From: Octopus vulgaris
Taxonomy: Eukaryota
Assembly: GCA_951406725.2 (NCBI GenBank)
Contig: OX597843.1
Location: 13,950,001-14,014,000, forward strand
Direction: 5' to 3'
Length of the DNA: 64,000 bases
Each line of letters begins with the position of its first letter. Positions within the stretch are counted from its first letter, which is position 1. The position numbers and the translations under genes were made by a program. This document shows, one piece after another, positions 39,547 through 52,330 of this stretch. The notes under the pieces are model-generated. The model was given only the letters and a program-made list of their open reading frames with translations, did not search any database and was not told where the DNA came from.

Positions 39547-39947
39547 ACTCTTTTACTCATTTACTTGTTTCAGTCATTTGACTGCGGCCATGCTGGAGCA
39601 CCACCTTTAGTCGAGCAACTCGACCCCGGGACTTATTCTTTATAAGCCCAGTACTTATTCTATCGGTCTCTTTTGCCGAACCGCTAAGTGACGAGGACGT
39701 AAACACACCAGCATCGGTTGTCCAGCAATGCTAGGGGGACAAACACAGACACACACACGCATATATATATATATACATATATACGACGGGCTTCTTTCAG
39801 TTTCCATCTACCAAATCTACTCACAAGGCATTGGTCAGCCCGGGGCTATAGTAGAAGACACTTGCCCAAGATGCCACGCAGTGGGACTGAACCCGGAACC
39901 ATGTAGTTAGTAAGCAAACTACTTACCACACAGCCACTCCTGTGCCT
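39547..39947 (-). mobile_element. Major tRNA-headed SINE
   Basis: Reverse complement of 19631-20040. Confidence 0.85.
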
Positions 39948-40645
39948 ATGTATTCTCCCTTTATATATATATAAATTCCTGGCACATAGCTACAACAATG
40001 CTCCTTTTTCGACTCTGTCATTCTCACCATCCTTTATCTAACTCCCAGCTGGTTTTCTATCTTGCATGGATTCCTCCTTCTCTTCTCTCTCCTCCCCTTC
40101 AGCATTCCTTCCTCCTCCTCCTACACCTCCTCTCCCTCCTTCTCCCCTGGGGTCCTTTATGAACCTACAAATGGCTGATGAATTTCATAGTTTTACAAGA
40201 AAGGAGGCTGGTTAAAAACCCCAAACTGACTCTCCTCAATTTGGTTTCCATGTCTATCCTCAGTGATGGTCATGAATAGAAGCATACCAAATCCACTCAC
40301 ACACATACATACAGACATACAAACACATGCATGCACACACACACACACACAATGCACAGAAATAATGCATACACACACATATATACACACAAATATATAT
40401 ACATATAAATTTGAGTCTATGTGTATATACACATATATACAAATATATATATATATATATATATATGTAGGTCCCGGGTTGATTCGGGGTTAACCACAGT
40501 AAGTAAGGTACTCAATACATAGCAGAGTAAAATTAATTTATTATATAGAAGGAGCTTCTACAGGACTAGTACTGTTTCATTCAAGAGAAATCTTCAGGAA
40601 GCGCTTCCTGAAGATTTCTCTTGAATGATATATATCCTTCTATAT

Positions 40646-40706
<61 letters not shown>

Positions 40707-40956
40707 TAACAAAGAGGGTCTTTGCAACAAGTTGCTAGACCACATACCAAAAGTATTAGAAATAGCAGCCAGAGGACTGTTATTTCTTTTACTACAAAAA
40801 TATGTCTCCACAGACAACAGTATTTGTAACTCATTATGTGGCAAAAAAACGAAGAAAAATAACGAAAATAAACAGTCCACGGTCAATTATGGACGCACGT
40901 TTCTGGATTAGAATCAAAGATTCATTTCCTTTATCAACATAATATTATTTTATCTG

Positions 40957-40999
<43 letters not shown>

Positions 41000-41882
41000 A
41001 AAAAATGAAGTTTGAAAATGCTGCTATATTAGACAAATTTTAAATTTTTATATATACATTATTTATTTAACATGTTTCGGTTCTTGAAATGATGAACCTT
41101 ATCAAAAAAAATTATATATAAAAAAGATAGTTCATGCTATCAAATATAAAAATTCATATATAATATACAATAGAGTCAGACATCAAAAGTTCATATATAG
41201 TGAAGTGAGTTCATGCTATATGTTTATAAAAAAGATAGTTCATGCTATCAAATATAAAAAATTCATATATAATATACAATATCAGACATCATAAGTTCAT
41301 ATATAGAGTTCATGACATCATATATAATATACAATAGAGTCAGACATCAAAAGTTCATATATAGTGAAGTGAGTTCATGATATATGTTTATAAAAAAGAT
41401 AGTTCATGCTATCAAATATAAAAAATTCATATATAATATTCTGACCAATCCCGACCTATAGCTGTATTAGATCTGCACCTTGTCTGTATCCTGTTAGGTG
41501 GCTAGTCAAGCAGAACGGGACGTCATCAATATTCTGACCAATCCCGACCTATAGCTGTATTAGATCTGCCCCTTGTCTGTATCCTGTTAGGTGGCCAGTC
41601 CAGCGTAACGGGACGTCATCACTGTTTTGACCAATCGTCCTGTTAGGTGGCCAGTCTAGCAGAACGAGACGTCATCAATGTGTTGACCAATCCAAATCGG
41701 GTCTGACCCTTAGCTGTATCGTATGTGGCCAGTCCATCAGGATTAGATCTGTTCGAAGAGATATTTTTATAAAATTTTTTTCCTTTTCCCTAAGACATAT
41801 TTCCGTCAGTGTGAGTGACTGTTTAAGGTAGCGGCCGTGGTGGAATTTTGCCTCTCCTTTTCGGAGGACCAATCTTTTGTTT

Positions 41883-43423
41883 TAATATTCCTGGCCCAGG
41901 GTGTTTAAACTTGGTCTAAATTTTTTGATAAAATACAGTTCTTTATTTTGGCGTTGCGTGAAGGTTGCGTTGTCACTGAATTTACAACTTACCCGCTTTA
42001 AGCGGGTAAGTTGTAAATTTCGGATTTACATTTCCAGCACATCTATCTATGTGTCTGCTGACCGGTATTCAGGGTTTCTAATTTGTGATTTATGCACCGC
42101 CATCCTGTTACGTAAGCTATTTTTTGTATGGCCTATATACTGCCTATTGCAGCCTGCGCATGTTATGACGTAAATTAAGTTTTCTGATGCGCAGGTGAAG
42201 TTTGCTCTAATGGTGAACTGGTGGCCTTGTTCTAGTATAAATTCTGAACCTTCTACCAAGATGACACAGATTCCGCAGTTTGGGCCTTCCACATTTTCTA
42301 ACTGCTGGTTTTGTGGTTGATGTTGAGTGCAGTTTAGCTTGGGTTAAAATCCTTTTCAAGGATTTTGGTTGCCGTTTACTTTTAATGATGGTGTGTGTTT
42401 CGAGGATCCGGTTCATCTTTGGGTCTCCCTTTAGTAGGGCTGTGCTTTGTAGTATGGTGTTGAAGGCCTCATTGTTGAGTGGGTTTTTAATTGTTCTTTC
42501 TTTTTTGGTTTTGTTTGTCTCAGGTCTTCTATACTTAATTTGAGTGCCCTTTGGATTGCACTGTCTATTAGGGGCTGTGGATAGTTTCTATTTGTGGTGT
42601 GGTTCTAAGTTCCTGGAGACGTGTGTGTCGGGTGTTTGTGTCTGATATTATGGTGCAGATCCTTCTAGCTAAACAAAAAGGGACATTTATTCTAGTGTGT
42701 CGTGGGTGGCATGAATCAAAAGGTAGGTACTGTTTGGAGTCTGTCGGTTTATAGTAGATATCTGTCTCTATTTTTTTGCCGGTTTTCTTAATGAGGATGT
42801 CTAAAAATGGTAATTCTTTTTCGTTGTGATCCATTGTGAATTGTATATTATCATTTATTCCATTTAATAGTATTTTAAATTCCTCAAGTTTCTCTATACC
42901 TTTGTCCCAGATGATGAAACAGTCACCGAGGTATCTTTTCCAGTTGTTATGCATATAGGTGGCAAAGGTGTTTCCAAATTTCTCGAGTGTTATCTGGTAG
43001 AGTATTTTCTCGAGGTATCCCATCACTAGGTTGGCAAAAGATGGTGCAGTACGCGTGCCCATCGCTGTTCCCGATCTTTGTCTGTAGAAATTATTGTCAA
43101 AAATAAAGTAATTGTTCTCTAAAATAAATCTAAGTCCTTCTATTATAAGGTCTTTGTTTATGCTAGTTGGGAGTTCAAAGGGGTAGTTATTCAGCCAGAA
43201 GGTGATCCCTTCTATTCCAAGGTTGTGAGGGATGTTAGAATAAAGATTAACTACGTCGAATGATACTAGAAGGGTTTTCTCATTGACTGTTTTAGGGAGG
43301 TGGTTGAGCATATCTATATCGTCTCTTACGTAGCTTTTGATGTGTTTTAGGAAAGGTTTAAGAAGTGTGTCTAAGAAATTGCTGAGGCGGTGAGTCTCAC
43401 ATGCTGGCCCTGCTATTATCGGT
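41883..43423 (-). pseudogene. Penelope-type RT plus GIY-YIG endonuclease pseudogene
   Basis: RPIIAGPACET..LVSFDVVNLYSNIP..QRSGTAMGTRTAPSFANLVM..WKRYLGDCFIIW (YxDD changed to YLGD)..LPFLDI..YYKPT; NLIYVITCAGCNRQYIGHT..KPSLNTLG. Several frameshifts. Confidence 0.92.
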
Positions 43424-43485
43424 CTGCTTGACTAGCCACCTAACAGGATACAGACAAGGGGCAGATCTAATACAGCTATAGGTCG

Positions 43486-43610
43486 GGATTGGTCAGAATA
43501 TTGATGACGTCCCGTTCTGCTTGACTAGCCACCTAACGAAACGATTGGTCAAAACGTTGATGACGTCACGTTCCGCTGTACTGGCCACCTAACAGGTGAT
43601 ATAAAACCCA
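43486..43610 (+). promoter_or_regulatory. Putative Pol II promoter in the inverted pseudo-LTR
   Basis: Two ATTGG (reverse CCAAT) boxes, TGACGTCA at 43561-43568 and TATAAAA at 43600-43606. Confidence 0.45.
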
Positions 43611-43998
43611 AACAATTCACAAGGTTCGCCAGAACTGTCCAGCGGACACCGACCAAAGGTCATCACAGTTGCTCAAGGTAAAATCTAAAATGAATTCCTC
43701 GCTCTTTCAAGAACATCAATTTTTTATATTGAATGCATATCACCACTATGAACCACTGCATCATACTCTATAAACATATAGCATGAACTCACTTCACTAT
43801 ATATGAACTTTTGATGTCTGACTCTATTGTATATTATATATGAATTTTTTATATTTGATAGCATGAACTATCTTTTTTATATATAATTTTTTTTGATAAG
43901 GTTCATCATTTCAAGAACCGAAACATGTTAAATAAATAATGTATATATAAAAATTTAAAATTTGTCTAATATAGCAGCATTTTCAAACTTCATTTTTT

Positions 43999-44095
<97 letters not shown>

Positions 44096-44209
44096 ATATG
44101 TCGATGTATATATGTATGTATATGTTTATATATATGTGTGTGTGTGTGTGTGTGTTTATACCTGTGTGTATATTTGCTTGTATGTGTATGTATGAAATGG
44201 GGCTCAGCA

Positions 44210-44530
44210 AGGGGATTTCTAGGGTAGCATTATGCAACAGGGTGCATAGCTTAGAGATCAGGGAGTCTCTCCATGTTGGACTGCTACTTTTCTGCATTGA
44301 GGGTGCACAGCTTTAGCACTACAGACATGTGATTAGAATGCCAGAGGAGACAATCACAAAACAGACCCTTCGAGGGGACTGGCAGGAGACCAACGGGGGC
44401 AGAGCAAGAATGAGTGGGTTGGATAATCTCCAGAGTCTCTGGTGGTCATGCTGGGAATCCAACCGAAGTGTGTAATGCCTGAGGACTCCACCCCAACAAC
44501 CCTCCCAGGAATAATGGGTGGAGAAGATGG
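44210..44530 (+). mobile_element. Degenerate RTE-like LINE 3' fragment
   Basis: HYRHVIRMPEETITKQTL..GRARMSGLDNL. Confidence 0.5.
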
Positions 44531-44598
44531 ATTGATAAAGATACTACATTTAGTTGTTATACAATCTTTGGACTTTCAGAGTGCTTAATTAGTATTAA

Positions 44599-44890
44599 CT
44601 AGCAGTATTGCCCGGCGTTGCTCGGGTTTGTAAGGGAAATAAGCATTTTTAGAGAGTTACTTCCCTTATATAAACCGAGCAAAAAATGCATTAAAAAACT
44701 TTAAAATGACGGTAATTTTTTTTTTAAATTGTAGACTCATCGTAGACGCACACTAATACCCAGAAGGGCTCGATATGAATCACGACTATAAGATACCCGC
44801 TTTTGGTTAAACTGCACCGCAAAATGTGGAAGTAGTTAGGAATCTAAATCAGAGGAGACAGACTCTCACACAACTTCAGTTTTATATATT
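44599..44890 (-). mobile_element. Non-autonomous Helitron (same family as 37278-37676)
   Basis: Plus strand ACTAGCAGTATTGCCCGGCGTTGCTCGGG is the 3' end with its hairpin. Confidence 0.75.
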
Positions 44891-45444
44891 AATTTATATA
44901 TCAATTCATTCATTAATTGGTTGCTTAATAAGATGTACTACTGGTATTCCTCTGGCCACTCTATTAATTGTAAAAAAACATCACACATACCAGAAGAGAA
45001 AACACACCAGACATACAAGACATTCAACATGTTATATAATATTCACCTGATGTAGTTTTTGAAACAATTGTAGTACTCAACGACCTTTATCATCCCTTCT
45101 ATTTACAGATTTGATTATTGCATTAGAAACAAAGTTTGTTGCTTTCAAAATGAAGTTGTATGACGACTGTTGTTGTATTGGAAATTTCTGTCTAATATTG
45201 ACATGTGACGAAGTGTATTGATTAATAGATTTTATTGATCAATTATTGAGTCATCTGTGTCCTCTATACAAGACATGTTTGTGCCAGAGACTAACAAACT
45301 GTATTTCATCACAATCACTCATCATAGCCTATTACTTTATATATATGTGTGTGTGTATATATATATATATATAATTTAATAAATAAAATATATGCATACA
45401 TACATACATATATGTACGTACCTACATCAACATGTATATATACA

Positions 45445-45484
<40 letters not shown>

Positions 45485-47214
45485 TACAGGACACCACAAA
45501 TAAATGTAGAACTCAACGAGAAACGAAAACATAAAAACATGGAAACGGACTTTTTTTAACAACAAAAAAACAGAGTACAAGACAAACAACACAAGGAACA
45601 TTCCTCTTCATCAGCTGTCCCTAGTACGACTCCATGCGTGTTTCGAAGGTGAGGACAGAATACGACCCGCCGGACAGGTCCTTCCTGCAAAGGAATTAAA
45701 TAAAATTCCTTTGCAGAGGGGTTAAAACAAGGAAAGAAAAAAATTTGACATATATATATGTATATAGATATATATGTACATATGTGTGTATGTGTGTGTG
45801 TATATGTCAACGGCCATCCAATAGATGTCTTAAGGCTGTATCATTTGTGGGGACATAGAAATAATTGGACTGAATACCCGATCGCGCAGTTAAACCATTG
45901 GGAGTGAAGGTCTCGTAGCCTTTGTTAGGGCATCCTTCTAGGAGAAGGTAACTCAGGTAACAAAACCTGTGTCTCAGTGGTTACTGATGACGTTGACTTG
46001 TTCTTCTTTTCGGATTATGGCTGCTGTTTCTTAGTGAGTGGGATTGACTCAGTGCACAGCCTTTCCTCACTTAAAAAAAAATCTTCTTGCACAGGCATTG
46101 CACAATAACAACATTGATTAAGCTTCATGCAATGGCCACACTCGATAACGAGGGGACAGCCACCATATGTCATCATCACTATCGTCACCATCATCATTGC
46201 TTAACGACCATCCTCCATGCATGCATGGGTAGGACGGGTGACAGGAGCCAACAAGGTAGAAATTCTACCCAAGGCCACAGGGTCTGTTTTAGCAGGGATT
46301 TTATGGCTGGATGCCCTTCCTGACACCGACCGCGTTATAATGTAGACTGGATGCTTTTAACAGCCCTGGCAGGGTAAGCAAGTAACTCACAAGACAAAGA
46401 ATTACGAGAGGGGGGGAAGGGGGGGCTTTTGAGGAATGGAAAATGTATCAGAGGATGAAAGGTTAGAGTGTGACAAAGAGAGAGAGAGAGAGAGAGAGGC
46501 AGAAGTAGGTACCTTGCTATAGAGGTACCTACTTGAGAGAGAGGGAGAGGAGGGGAGAGAGATGAGGTAGTTAGAGAGAGAGAGGGAGAGGGGGCAGAAA
46601 TAGGTACCTTGCTATAGAGGAGGTACATGGTTAGCCAATGAGAGAGAGGGAGAGGGGGCAGAAACAGGTGCCTTGCTATAGAAGAGGTACATGGTTAGCC
46701 AGTGAGAGAGAGGGAGAGATATGAGAGAGAGAGAGATACAGAAAGAGGCCAGAAACAAGTGTGCTGATGTAAAGGAGATAATCAGAGGAAAAAGAAGAGA
46801 CAGAGAGAGGGGGAGAGTGACCAAAGGGAAAGAGAGAGAGAGAGAGTTGGAAACAGCAAAAGTGTAAGAGAGAGAGAGAGCAGAAGAGAGTACTAGGGTA
46901 AACTTACAGGTAACAAGAATGTGAACATAGAACCTGGTTAGAAAAATAGGGTGTGGGTGTAGGGAGCAGCAATGCAGGGAGCAGGGCAGTGACGGGCAAG
47001 AAAGGGGATTGGACAACAATCATAACCTATGAAGAGGAAGAGAAAAATACAGTTTAGAAGAGGAGTTGTAGTTTGATTTCTTTAGTTAGAATGGGTGGAA
47101 AGGGTGTTGTTAGATGAGGGTGGCACACAACTCTTCTCACACTCAGTTTTGTAGATGGGTCTTCTCTAGAACCCCATATTGCCAAACATCTTAGTCCTCT
47201 GTCATTTCTGATTA

Positions 47215-47782
47215 CAAATATCTTGGGTCATACATATCATCATCTGGAAAAGATTTTCTAACTAGAAAGGGTATGGCCTGGTCAGCCTGTAAGGACATGC
47301 ATAAGATCTGGTCATCAAATCTATGAGAGACTTCAAACTTGAAATCTTCAAAGCCACAGTCGAACCAATTCTACTATATGGCTCAGAAACTTGGACGTTA
47401 TCAAAGAAGCTTGAGAGGCGGTTGGATGGAACCTACACTCGCCTCCTTATGAGAGCTCAAAATCTCTCGTGGAAGGGCCATCCAACCAAAATGCAAATAT
47501 ATGGGAAATTACCACCTGTGTCATCTCTTGTGAAAGGTAGGAGAGTCCAGTTTGCTGGACATTGTTGTAGAGCTGAAAAAGAGGTAATTTCTACTCTTCT
47601 CCTCTGGAAGCCATCTACTCGCAATACCAGAGGGCGCACACTCTCCTACCCTGATGTAATCTCCAGGGATACAGGCATCCAGCAACAGGACCTCTGTAAT
47701 GCTATGATGGACTGTGTAGTCTGGAGTAGGATGGTAAATTCCATTGTCTCGACCACGGTCGAACAATGATGATGATGATGAT
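47215..47782 (+). mobile_element. RTE-like LINE RT C-terminal fragment with a (TGA)n tail
   Basis: YKYLGSYISSSGKDFLTRKGMAWSA..IFKATVEPILLYGSETWTL..RVQFAGHCCR. Confidence 0.8.
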
Positions 47783-49162
47783 ATCATTTCCTCTGTGAGT
47801 CCCAACATCCTGAGATCAATTCTTACCACTCCATCCATATACTCTCTATCAATATAAAAGGCTAGGATAAAGGGCCTTGTTGACTCATATAGATTCCCAG
47901 GGCTGTTTTCCTGGTTTCTGTGGGGCATATATTTCCCACCTGGATCAGACACGCAAATACACATAAGCACACACACACATCTAAAGAATGTTTTCTTTTC
48001 TATTTTTCTTACTTTTTGTGTTTTATTTACGATTAACAATATGTAGACCCATTACCTGTATATATAAAAAATTAAACTGTATCCATTCCATGTCGTTCCA
48101 AACCACAGAACCTGCAGGTAACCAGCTACAGGTAAATAATGACGTGAACTGAACCAAGTGAAACCGAATTTATTGAGTGAGGCACCTTTTGGAAAGTCAC
48201 CCGAAGAACCACGTGTCCACTGAAGGATGCGTCACAACCAGTTGTACAGTATCTCACCCCTTGGGGACCAATGCAGGAGGGGTCAAAACCACTGTTGCAA
48301 TTAATGAAGAATCTCATGAATTCATTTTCTCTTTCTTTCATTTCATTTCACATCTATTATTGCTCTCAGCTAATAAAGGTGACACATCCAACTTGGTGGC
48401 CAGAGGTACATAACCTTCTGACTAATGGAGGGAAGTCTTGGTCAACCAGGGTCATGAGAAAAACTGTTATGTAATTCTGAGCAAGATGGAGTTAACTCCC
48501 TTGGATTGACCCCTTTTGTGTCCGTAAAGGGTCAGTTTATGTATGATTTCTATTCAATTGCCAGCAAGTAAGGAATTTTGTCTCCAACATAAATTTTCTC
48601 TGTGGCACCAGCTAAACATTTCACTGTTTGAAATTTAAGAAGGCCTCCTGGTCAAGCGAATTTTTTTTAGGATCCTGGTTCTCATTGGACACACATCTAT
48701 CCCTAGCAACCACCAGAGGAGGGATCAAGGGACCTTGATAAAGGCTTTCTCTATGTTGACAAATGTTAGTACAGCCTAAGCCACATAAAGTGGATTTGGT
48801 AAATGGAAATTGAAAGAAGCCCGTTATGTGTGTGTGTGTGTGTATTTATATATATATATATATACCATCATCATCATTTAATGTCTGTTTTCCATGCTGG
48901 CATGGGTTGGACGGTTTGACTGAAAACTGGTAAGCTGGGGAACTGCACCAGGTTTTGATCTGATTTGGCAAGATTTCTCAGCTGGATGCCCTTCCTAATG
49001 CCAACCACTCCCAGTGTAGTGGGTGCTTTTTAATGTGCCACTGGCATGGGTGTCATTGATGTGACACCAGCATTGGCCACTACTATGGTCTCTGTTGGCA
49101 TGACAGGTCTTCACAAGACACACTCTATTGCCAAATGTCTTGGTCATATACATATATATATG

Positions 49163-49470
49163 TGGAGGCGCAATGGCTCAGTGGTTAGAACAGCGGACTC
49201 GCGGTCGTAGGATCGCGGTTTCGATTCCCAGATCGAACGTTGTGAGTGTTTATTGAGCGAAAACACCTAAAGCTCCACGAGGCTCTGGCAGGGGATGGTG
49301 GTGATCCCTGTTGTACTCTTTCGCCGCAACTTTCTCTCACTCTTTCTTCTGTTGGCCTGCTCACTTAGCCAGCGGGGTGGCGTCATTTGAAGGCTAAAAC
49401 AACGCGAAGCACATTGTGACCAGCGATGTGTAGCAACATCTGATAGCCTGGTCGGTTACGGTGATCACGT
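49163..49470 (+). mobile_element. tRNA-derived SINE, full length
   Basis: GGAGGCGCAATGGCTCAGTGGTTAG..GGTTTCGATTCC head; CACGTGAT end also seen at 14885-14900. Confidence 0.8.
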
Positions 49471-49574
49471 GATATATATATATAGTTAATCCAAATAAGA
49501 AAGCACAAAAAAACACAACAACGCGAGGATGTGGAACAAATATAGTATTAGTGGACGCTCAGGAAAGAAGGAGG

Positions 49575-49609
49575 GTTTAACGTTTCAAGTGGAGCTCTTC
49601 ATCGGAAAC
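49575..49609 (-). ncRNA. Minimal hammerhead-like motif (CCGATGA core variant) in a Penelope pseudo-LTR fragment
   Basis: GTTT-CCGATGA-A-GAGC-TCC-ACTT-GAAA-CG-TT-AAAC; stem II is damaged. Confidence 0.55.
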
Positions 49610-49667
49610 ATAGGAGAAGGGAAGACAGAGGAAAAAAAATCGCCAACGGTACACACGAGGTCACATT

Positions 49668-49730
<63 letters not shown>

Positions 49731-50555
49731 AGAGGTGAGCACATAAGTGCAAAACAAAATGGGAAAAAGTAGTACTCGAATACCAAGGGCAGAGTAATAT
49801 GCTCTTTATTAAAGCTGTTAATCAGAGTTTCACATTCCTGTTCATTGGACAATTGACATCACAACTGTCCAACAAAAGGGAACGTGAAACTCTGAGTAAC
49901 AGTTTTTGTGATAATTTTGAAGCTTTAATATATATATACATATATATATAATTCTTGTATGTCATATTTTAATAATTACTGGTATCTTTATATATTTTAT
50001 ATGTAAAGCATAATATATTATACGTGTATGTATATTGTTGTAATTGTCATTTTAGTACATAAATAAACAAATTGACATAATATAATATCTAAAAGTCAAT
50101 CAATATCACCTATTGATCCCCTCCATTTTCTTATTGCTCTCTCTCTCTCTCTCTCTTTCGCTTTCTCTCTCTCTCTCTCTTTATATATATATATATATAT
50201 ACACACACACATATACATACATATATATAAATACATATACTTTATACGCACTTTCTGACAAGTTGTGGTGCACCTGAGCACTGTATACAATAATTCATTA
50301 TTATTATATATGTATTTATATGTATGTGTCTTTGCACTTGCCCCCCTCCAACTCTTGACAACCAGGTGTTTTTTTTAAACATACCTGTAACTTAGTGGTT
50401 CATCAAATCAGACTGATCGAGTAAGTGCCAGGCTTCAAAAGATAGGAAATGGTGTTGGCTTGTTTGACTAAAAACCCTTGAAGGCAGTGCCCCAGCATGG
50501 CCACAGTCTAATGAATGATAAACGGTAAAAGATATTTATTCTTTATTCTCTCTTT

Positions 50556-50910
50556 TACTCTTTTACTTGTTTCAGTCATTTGACTGCGGCCATGCTGGAG
50601 CACCGCCTTTACTCGAGCAAATCAACCCTGGGACTTATTCTTTTGTAAGCCCAGTACTTATTCTATCGGTCTCTTTTGCAGAACCACTAAGTGATGGGGA
50701 CATAAACACACCAGCATCGGTTGTCAAGCAATGCTAGGGGGACAAACACAGACACACAAACACACACACGCATATATATATATACATATATACGACAGGC
50801 TTCTTTCAGTTTCCGTCTACCAAATCCACTCACAAGGCATTAGTCGGCCCGGGGCTATAGCAGAAGACACTTGCCCAAGATGCCGCGCAGTGGGACTGAA
50901 CCCGGAACCA
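50556..50910 (-). mobile_element. Major tRNA-headed SINE, 5'-truncated
   Basis: Reverse complement of the SINE body. Confidence 0.8.
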
Positions 50911-51921
50911 TATATATGTCTTTTATGGTGATGCACTCAGCTCCAGCTTCCTCTCTCTCAGCCAAGAGATCCTTATCTTGCAGGCCTGCAGATGTTGGTG
51001 CCACATACGAACCGCCCATGCTGGTGCATGTCCACTCTGTGAATTGGTTGGTGCTAGGAAGGGCATCAAACTGCAGAAACCAGGCCAAAACAGAAACTGG
51101 AGTATGGACAGCCCTCTGTGTCTATTTGTGTGTCTGTGTTTGACCTCCCCACCACCACCATCGCTTGTCAACCAATGTTTGTGTGTTTACATTCCCGTAA
51201 CATAGCAGTTCGGCAAAAGAGACTGATAGAATAAGTTCTAGGCTTACAAAGAATAAGTTCTGAGGTCAATTCGTTTAACGAAAGGCAGCAAGCTGGCAGA
51301 AACGTTAGCAGGCCGGGCGAAATGCGTAGCCGTATTTCGTCTGAGTTACGTTCTGAGTTCAAGTTCCGCCGAGGTCAGCTTTGCCTTTCATCCTTTCGGG
51401 GTCGAATAAATTAAGTACCAGTTATGCACTGGGGTCGATATAATTGACTTAATCCATTTGTCTGTCTTTGTTTGTCCCCTCTGTGTTTAGCCCCTTGTGG
51501 GTAGTAAAGAAATATAAAGGCGGTGCTCCAGCATGGCCACAGTCAAATGACCGGAATAAGTAAAAGAATGTGTGTGTGTGTGTGTGTGTGTGTTTGTACT
51601 TCTGCCACTGTCGTTAATTGACAACCGACGTTGGTTTGTGCAGCAAAAGAGACTAATCGAATACGTTAGAAGGCCTAAAAAAAAATCAAGAAGGTACTCC
51701 ATAAAGGCATTGCTCCAGCATGGCTGCAATTGAAACAAGTCGAAAATAGAAGATTAGGATTGGTAGTTTGATTGTTGTTTCTAGCAGGTCTAACAGCTAC
51801 TTATGGGATTTGGCCTGTATTTCGATTGGAATGTTGTTGCTGTTTTGCGAACTGGCAGAGCCGGTAATTTCGTCTACCGCTACATTCTGAGTTCAAATTC
51901 CGCTGAAGTCAAATTTGCCTT

Positions 51922-52330
51922 GGATCTTTTCCGTTTGACCGGCAGTTTTTAAAAATAATTTCTAGTTTACTAAACACTTTTAAACTTCGTATTCTGGTAG
52001 AATGTGTTTATAAAACATCTTTTTCTCTTGGCTTTATTGAGAAAATTCTACAGTTTGTAAGATATTTGTTTTCTTCAATTTCTACAATTTCAACCAATCA
52101 ATGACGTCTATTGAGGTAAAAAAAAAACATTCTGTGCCGTATGAATATGTTCCTCGTTTAAGAAACAGATTGGGTTTATTTACATTTCTGAAGAAGAAGA
52201 GATACCCTTCCCCCCACCCCTAACCCTAAAACAGATTGAAATGCAATAGATCGATACTAGGGTCATAATTATGGGTGACAATTTCATATGACACCGCTAG
52301 AAAAAACTGCTGTTCAAACCAAAGAGATCC
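51922..52330. mobile_element. GGATC-TIR MITE inserted into a SINE
   Basis: Perfect 8-bp TSD tttgcctt; the SINE core (tttgcctttcattctttcgaggtcgat) continues across it. Confidence 0.88.

Larger units (their letters stand above)
40995..44003 (-). mobile_element. 5'-truncated Penelope-like retroelement with a 3' pseudo-LTR and an inverted pseudo-LTR copy at its 5' end, inserted in (TA)n
   Basis: 40995-41228 is the reverse complement of 43769-44003; ~41440-41600 matches 43426-43535 inverted; RT and GIY-YIG sequences lie between. Confidence 0.92.

Noticed and set aside
42568-43311. Active reverse transcriptase gene
   Set aside because: 5'-truncated, frameshifted, and the catalytic YxDD motif reads YLGD.
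48100-48750. Possible host-gene exon in apparently unique sequence
   Set aside because: Only short ORFs with no recognisable domain or convincing splice pair; cannot be supported without a search or RNA-seq.
49163-49235. Additional tRNA gene
   Set aside because: It is the tRNA-derived head of a SINE that continues into a shared body, with no closing acceptor stem.
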